Source of the DNA: Desulfobacteraceae bacterium
Lineage (GTDB): Bacteria > Desulfobacterota > Desulfobacteria > Desulfobacterales > JAABSP01
Assembly: GCA_011390135.1 (NCBI GenBank)
Contig: JAABSZ010000005.1
Location: 1-57,986 of the forward strand
Direction of reading: 5' to 3'
Length of the DNA stretch: 57,986 nt
Of this stretch, positions 54,136 to 57,986 are shown one piece after another (position 1 is the first letter of the stretch; each line of letters opens with the position of its first letter). The notes under the pieces are model-generated. The model saw nothing but the letters and a program-made list of their open reading frames with translations. It ran no database searches and was not told where the DNA came from. The position numbers were made by a program, and so were the translations under genes.

Positions 54136-55347
54136 TCACCGCTTGCTGATCCGGTCGATATAGCTGAAGGTGTAGTCGAATTTCCCATCGGGGCCCGGAA
54201 CCGCTTCGATCTCCGTCAGATAGACCGTATCCGATCCCCGGTGGTCCGCCGGGCCAAAGGATACAAAATAGCCCCCGAGATCCGCGTTTGACATGGATTC
54301 GATGGCCCGTTTCAGCCGGGAGAAGTCGGGCGCGTCCCCCGCAGCCCCGAGGGCCATGTCCATCGCCTTGGCCGCAAGAAAGCCCTCGAGGCTGACAAAG
54401 CCGAAGTCGCTGCCGCCGATGGCATCCTGATACTCCCGCACCACAGGGACTCCCGCATCCCAAGGGTCCGGGACCACCTGGCTGATGAAAACATTTGCGG
54501 TGTTTCCCCGCAGGGATCTGGCCAGGGCATGGGAGCCCACAAAGGAGATGTTCATGAAGACCGCATCGAAATCGAGCCTTCGCCACATATTGATCGCGGC
54601 CGCACAGGGGAGATAGGCGCCGACCATGATCACCGCATCCACCCGGTTTCCCGCGATCTGGCGCACACTCTGCCCCACCTGAAGGCTGTTCCGTTTATAG
54701 TTGGGAACGAATCTCCAGAACTTCTCCCATTCGGCGTCCGTTGCCCCATCTGGGGGTATGGAGGGAAGGGCCGGAATGATCTCGATGCCTTCGATTTGGG
54801 AGACGGCCTTGCGTGCGCCCGATACTCCGGCAAGGCCGAATGCATCCCGCTGGACAAACAGGGAGATCTTTTTGACCCCGACATCCTCTTTGAGTCGGCG
54901 GATCATGTTCTCGATCTCCGCATCATAGCTCGCGCGCAGGCTGAAGGAATGGGGATTGGCTCTGGGGTCGCTGAGAAAATCCGCGCCTGTAAACGCACCG
55001 AAGAAGATGGTGTTCGCGGCTTTGGCAAGGGGAACCGCCACCTTGGAAGTGGGGGTTCCCACATAGCCGAAAAGGGCATGAACCGGTTCTGCAACAAAGG
55101 CTTCGGTGTTTTGGATGCACCGATCCGGCTCATACCCGTCATCCTTTACGAGCAGGCGGATGTTCTGGGCGTTACGATCGAAATAGGCCGTTGCCCCCCG
55201 GTGCATCTGGGTCCCCAGAAAGGCCGTGGGTCCTATGAGTGCGCAGGATTGCCCCAGAACCGTCTCTGAAAAGGCTGGGGACGCGCAAGTCAGTCCACCG
55301 ATAATCAAAATCGCAATTGCCGAAATTCCCAAAGCTTTTTGTCGCAT
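54136..55347 (-). CDS. Periplasmic substrate-binding protein (Leu/Ile/Val-binding, Peripla_BP_6-like); no permease or ATPase genes adjacent
   Basis: Signal peptide plus LGQSCALIGPTAFLGTQMHRGA..YF.. and overall type-I SBP architecture. GGGGAGG RBS present. Confidence 0.75.
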   Translation of the reverse strand: MRQKALGISAIAILIIGGLTCASPAFSETVLGQSCALIGPTAFLGTQMHRGATAYFDRNAQNIRLLVKDDGYEPDRCIQNTEAFVAEPVHALFGYVGTPTSKVAVPLAKAANTIFFGAFTGADFLSDPRANPHSFSLRASYDAEIENMIRRLKEDVGVKKISLFVQRDAFGLAGVSGARKAVSQIEGIEIIPALPSIPPDGATDAEWEKFWRFVPNYKRNSLQVGQSVRQIAGNRVDAVIMVGAYLPCAAAINMWRRLDFDAVFMNISFVGSHALARSLRGNTANVFISQVVPDPWDAGVPVVREYQDAIGGSDFGFVSLEGFLAAKAMDMALGAAGDAPDFSRLKRAIESMSNADLGGYFVSFGPADHRGSDTVYLTEIEAVPGPDGKFDYTFSYIDRISKR

Positions 55348-55473
55348 GCTGAACCTCCCCGGATATCATTCATAGCGGATCATTGGGACAGGGATGCTCG
55401 ATTCTCCCCATCCTGTTATGGATACAGCAGCAGCGCTTCAGGATCAAGAAAAAAAGCCCGAAACCAAAGGTTT

Positions 55474-56535
55474 TCAGCTTTGGGCGTCCGCGATGGCCAC
55501 CTCTTCAAAGGTTTTGATCTCGCAAAGGATTCGGGTCGCGGCATCCATCAGCTCCATTGCCAGAGCCGCACCGGTTCCCTCTCCGAGCCGGAACCGGAGA
55601 TCGAGCAGCGGCTGAAGATCGAGGCGCTCCAGCATATACCGATGCCCCACCTCCACCGAGTTGTGCCCGGCAAAGAGATAGGCCCTTGCAGCCGGGGCCA
55701 GCTCACACGCAACCAGTGCCCCGGCCGTGGAGATCAACCCATCACAGATCACCGGAATCCCTTTTCCGGCCGCACCGATCACCAGACCCGCAAGACCTCC
55801 GATCTCACATCCCCCCACCTTTGCCAGCACGTCGATGGGATCGCGTGGATCTGGACGGTTCCGCGCCAGCCCGGTTTCGATAGCCCGGATCTTCCGCGTA
55901 AGCCCCGCATCATCCACGCCTGTCCCTCTGCCGGTCAACCGCTCCACAGGAATGCCGGAAAAGGCCGCGATGATCGCAGTGGAGGGAGTCGTGTTGCCGA
56001 TGCCCATATCTCCGGTTCCCAGAAGATGAAGCGGCTCCTTTTCCATCAGTTCGTTGACGATCTCGATGCCGGCCTCGATACTTTGGACCGCCTCCTCCCG
56101 GGTCATGGCAGGCCCCTTGGCAAAGTTTCGGGTCCCTTTGCAGACCTTTTTGTGAAAGATCGGCAGATCCGCGGGGAAATCTCCGCACACCCCCAGGTCG
56201 GCAACCCTCACCTCGGCCCCGGCATGACGGGCCAGCACATTGATGGACGCGCCGCCATTGACGAAGTTCATCACCATCTGCCGCGTCACCTCCGAGGGGA
56301 AGAGGCTCACCCCCTCCTCGCAGATGCCGTGATCTCCGGCGCAGGTGACAATCGCTTTCTTCTCCAGACGCACATCCAGGGTCTTGAAGATTCCGGCAAG
56401 TCTTGCAGAGATCTCCTCCAGCATCCCGAGGCTTCCCGCGGGCCGGGCATGATTCCGGAGGCGATCTTTTGCGGCCTCATAGATTTGGGCATCCGGGGAT
56501 TGAATTCCATCGACGGTCTTTTTCAGAAGCTCCAT
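55474..56535 (-). CDS. cobT: Nicotinate-nucleotide--dimethylbenzimidazole phosphoribosyltransferase
   Basis: GDHGI..EGVS..P..VT.QM..NF..GGA.IN, GDMGIGNTT and LGEGTGAALAM are CobT motifs. GGAGG lies 5 nt upstream of the ATG at 56535. The track start (TTG 56571) lies inside the riboswitch terminator. Confidence 0.92.
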   Translation of the reverse strand: MELLKKTVDGIQSPDAQIYEAAKDRLRNHARPAGSLGMLEEISARLAGIFKTLDVRLEKKAIVTCAGDHGICEEGVSLFPSEVTRQMVMNFVNGGASINVLARHAGAEVRVADLGVCGDFPADLPIFHKKVCKGTRNFAKGPAMTREEAVQSIEAGIEIVNELMEKEPLHLLGTGDMGIGNTTPSTAIIAAFSGIPVERLTGRGTGVDDAGLTRKIRAIETGLARNRPDPRDPIDVLAKVGGCEIGGLAGLVIGAAGKGIPVICDGLISTAGALVACELAPAARAYLFAGHNSVEVGHRYMLERLDLQPLLDLRFRLGEGTGAALAMELMDAATRILCEIKTFEEVAIADAQS

Positions 56536-56569
56536 TCTTACCTCCATCTCTTTGTCATGATTTTCAGGC

Positions 56570-56850
56570 AAAAAAAAACCGTGCTACAGGATTTATATCT
56601 GTAGCACGGAATCTGTCGGACGCATCTTCCTGCGGTTATGGCAGGTCTTCTGGCTTGCAGATCTTTCCGTGGCCCGCGCCTTCCCGCACTATAAAACATC
56701 GGGGATTTTGAAAATCCATATCCGATGCTTTAAAAAAGCAGTGGCAATATGCGGGGCCGGTCCCTGCTTACAGCGCCGGTCCAACGCTGCGGATTCTCAC
56801 CGCATTCCCTTTTCACCGCCCAAAAAGGCGACACCACAACCGGTCAAGAG
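56570..56850 (-). promoter_or_regulatory. Cobalamin (B12) riboswitch with intrinsic-terminator expression platform, upstream of cobT
   Basis: The minus strand reads ..GGTGAAAAGGGAATGCGGTGAGAATCCGCAGC..GGACCGGCGCTGTAA..GCCACTG..(variable hairpin)..GGGAAGGCG..AAGCCAGAAGACCTGCC (B12 box, 56640..56656). Then CCGTGCTACAG-atataaatc-CTGTAGCACGG-T9 follows (56570..56609). Confidence 0.85.
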
Positions 56851-56867
56851 AGTACACCATCGGACGG

Positions 56868-56901
56868 AAAAATCAACCTGATTTAAAAAGCAACCTGATT
56901 T
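56868..56901. repeat. Two tandem 17-bp units, AAAAA(T/G)CAACCTGATTT
   Basis: 56868..56884 and 56885..56901 differ at one position. They lie between the paralogue-B stop and the riboswitch. Confidence 0.85.
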
Positions 56902-56949
56902 TTGAGGAAAAACGCCATGCACTTCGGATCGCTCTTGACCGCCCGGAAA

Positions 56950-57627
56950 TTACTGGCCAGCCACCTCTTTGGAGCAGTGCTTGCAGATCTTGGCCCGGCT
57001 CTTGATGATCTCGGCGCAGAAGGGACATTCCCGGGTGAAGTTGCGCTCATGGATCTTCTTGACGGCCGCCTCGACCTTCTTGCGGATGATGTCGTTGCCG
57101 AAATCCTTCTCCCGCAGGGGGTCGATCTCGGCCGGGGTTCCGATATCCCGGATCATCTCCGCAGCCCGGACCCGAACCCGTGCCGGTTCATTGGCTTCCA
57201 CCAGGATCGTCAGCACCCCGGCCGCGTCCTTTCGGGCTTCCATCTCATCGAGTACCGCAAAACCCTTCTCGACCTTCTCCTTCATGGCCTCCTGCTCTGC
57301 CAGGACCTCCTCATCGATGATCTGTCCCTTCCCGCCAAATGGCCCGAAAACCGACATATATTCGAAATTCCGGCCTTCGGGATAGCAGATGCACCGGTAG
57401 GATGCGGTCCGCCCATAGGTTCCCTCGATGTGATCCCAGCCCTGGACATAGGTGGGACATTCATCGTTGAAACACATATAAAGGTATGGGGTTCCCCACC
57501 CGAGACCATCGTCGCAGGGGACCGGCGGAACCTCCCAGAGGTTCATCTCGACACTGCAATGGGGACACTGGGGACGATCCGCAGACATGATCTTGGCAAA
57601 AACCTCTTCTTTGGTGATTATATGCAC
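56950..57627 (-). CDS. Uncharacterised zinc-ribbon / HEAT-like / zinc-ribbon protein (paralogue B)
   Basis: CPHCSVEMNLWEVPP..GLGWGTPYLYMCFNDEC..ASYRCICYP, RVRAAEMIRDIGTPAEIDPL, and CPFCAEIIKSRAKICKHCSKE. GTG start at 57627 with GGAGGA 7 nt upstream. Confidence 0.8.
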   Translation of the reverse strand: MHIITKEEVFAKIMSADRPQCPHCSVEMNLWEVPPVPCDDGLGWGTPYLYMCFNDECPTYVQGWDHIEGTYGRTASYRCICYPEGRNFEYMSVFGPFGGKGQIIDEEVLAEQEAMKEKVEKGFAVLDEMEARKDAAGVLTILVEANEPARVRVRAAEMIRDIGTPAEIDPLREKDFGNDIIRKKVEAAVKKIHERNFTRECPFCAEIIKSRAKICKHCSKEVAGQ

Positions 57628-57803
57628 TGGATATTCCTCCGTGAGCGATTTTGGATATCGAACAGATTTTGATCAATGGCTTGAAAATTCGTGCTGATGC
57701 GGAAACAATGTAAGAAATTTACAGGGTTTGTCAAATACTTTCAGACTTTTTCATCGCCCTGCGCCGCCCCGGCCGAATCGTTGCAAATCAATTCGGGAAA
57801 GGA

Positions 57804-57832
57804 TTGACAAGCCGAAAGAAGAATCATAAAAT
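57804..57832 (+). promoter_or_regulatory. Sigma-70-type promoter upstream of ppiD
   Basis: TTGACA-(17 nt)-TAAAAT, i.e. a perfect -35, a 5/6 -10 and optimal spacing, about 90 nt upstream of the ppiD ATG. Confidence 0.55.
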
Positions 57833-57921
57833 ACAAAGTTTATAGATAGGGTTTTGCTGTAAAATGGAGGAGGACTCTCCATTTGCTGCTTCCAAATTCT
57901 TTTAGCATCAGAGGTGAATGA

Positions 57922-57986
57922 ATGCTCAGGTTAATGCGGGATTATGCCACAAGCTGGTTTATCAAGATCATTTTAGGGGCCATTGT
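57922..57986 (+). CDS. ppiD: Peptidylprolyl isomerase PpiD-like periplasmic chaperone, first 21 codons only (runs off the right edge)
   Basis: MLRLMRDYATSWFIKIILGAI.. is the characteristic PpiD/SurA-N N-terminus followed by a TM anchor. GAGGTGA lies upstream. Confidence 0.6.
   Translation, partial: MLRLMRDYATSWFIKIILGAI

Noticed and set aside
54002-54586. N-terminal 195 codons of the 370-aa minus-strand ORF 53474..54586.
   Set aside because: This part overlaps the 3' end of the substrate-binding-protein gene in another frame and is Gly/Arg/Pro-rich. An internal ATG at 54001 has a strong RBS and is followed by a signal peptide, so only 53474..54001 is kept.
55443-55475. Possible terminator after cobT (GAAACC-aaa-GGTTT plus an A7/T7 run).
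   Set aside because: On the transcribed (minus) strand only 5 bp can pair, and 4 nt separate the stem from the U-run. That is too weak to call, so read-through into the SBP gene remains possible.

Overview
This is a 57,986-bp chromosomal segment with densely packed coding sequence and a few sharply AT-rich intergenic islands. All calls rest on reading the supplied ORF translations and the DNA by eye; no searches were run. Gene content suggests an anaerobic deltaproteobacterial or Desulfobacterota-type genome: a fused NuoBCD, an orphan sigma-54 NtrC-family regulator, an iron-sulfur flavoprotein, a BcrAD/HgdC-type activase giant protein and a predicted selenoprotein. That taxonomic guess is inference only.

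I support about 58 protein-coding genes, one cobalamin riboswitch, several hairpin terminators and several short tandem repeats. I found no rRNA, tRNA, CRISPR array, transposase, integrase or prophage.

**Recognisable genes**
- Left edge, minus strand: nuoA-nuoBCD-nuoE-nuoF.
- Housekeeping genes: rlmE, yebC, nadA, lolA, rlmD, cobT, and the start of ppiD at the right edge.
- A sucrose synthase plus fructokinase pair.
- A GT4 glycosyltransferase overlapping an alkaline-phosphatase/EEP fusion protein.
- Two DHA2-type MFS transporters, an acyl-CoA ligase, an orphan MoxR ATPase, and many small Cys-rich or zinc-ribbon proteins.

**Most interesting observations**
1. A CoA-disulfide-reductase/NADH-oxidase-family flavoprotein (48927..50282, minus) is split by the ORF caller. 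An in-frame TGA sits exactly at the family's catalytic-Cys position, and a SECIS-like hairpin lies at the right distance downstream. I read this as a predicted selenoprotein.
2. That gene lies in a tight, translationally coupled minus-strand array (47643..53447): zinc-ribbon proteins, a lipid-kinase-like protein, a metallophosphoesterase, the Sec flavoprotein, a TrkA-C-like mini-protein and an ATPase. A 19-bp tandem repeat is embedded just upstream of the Sec gene start.
3. A near-consensus sigma-54 promoter (24998..25013) is followed about 50 nt later by a strong hairpin. It is convergent with, and directly next to, the orphan sigma-54 enhancer-binding response regulator. This is a candidate regulator-adjacent small RNA.
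4. Two roughly 55%-identical paralogues of an uncharacterised zinc-ribbon/HEAT-like/zinc-ribbon protein sit 26 kb apart (30336..31007 and 56950..57627). One abuts a 1465-aa double-activase protein.

None of these is proven to be a new system. Each entry below states what would test or refute it.
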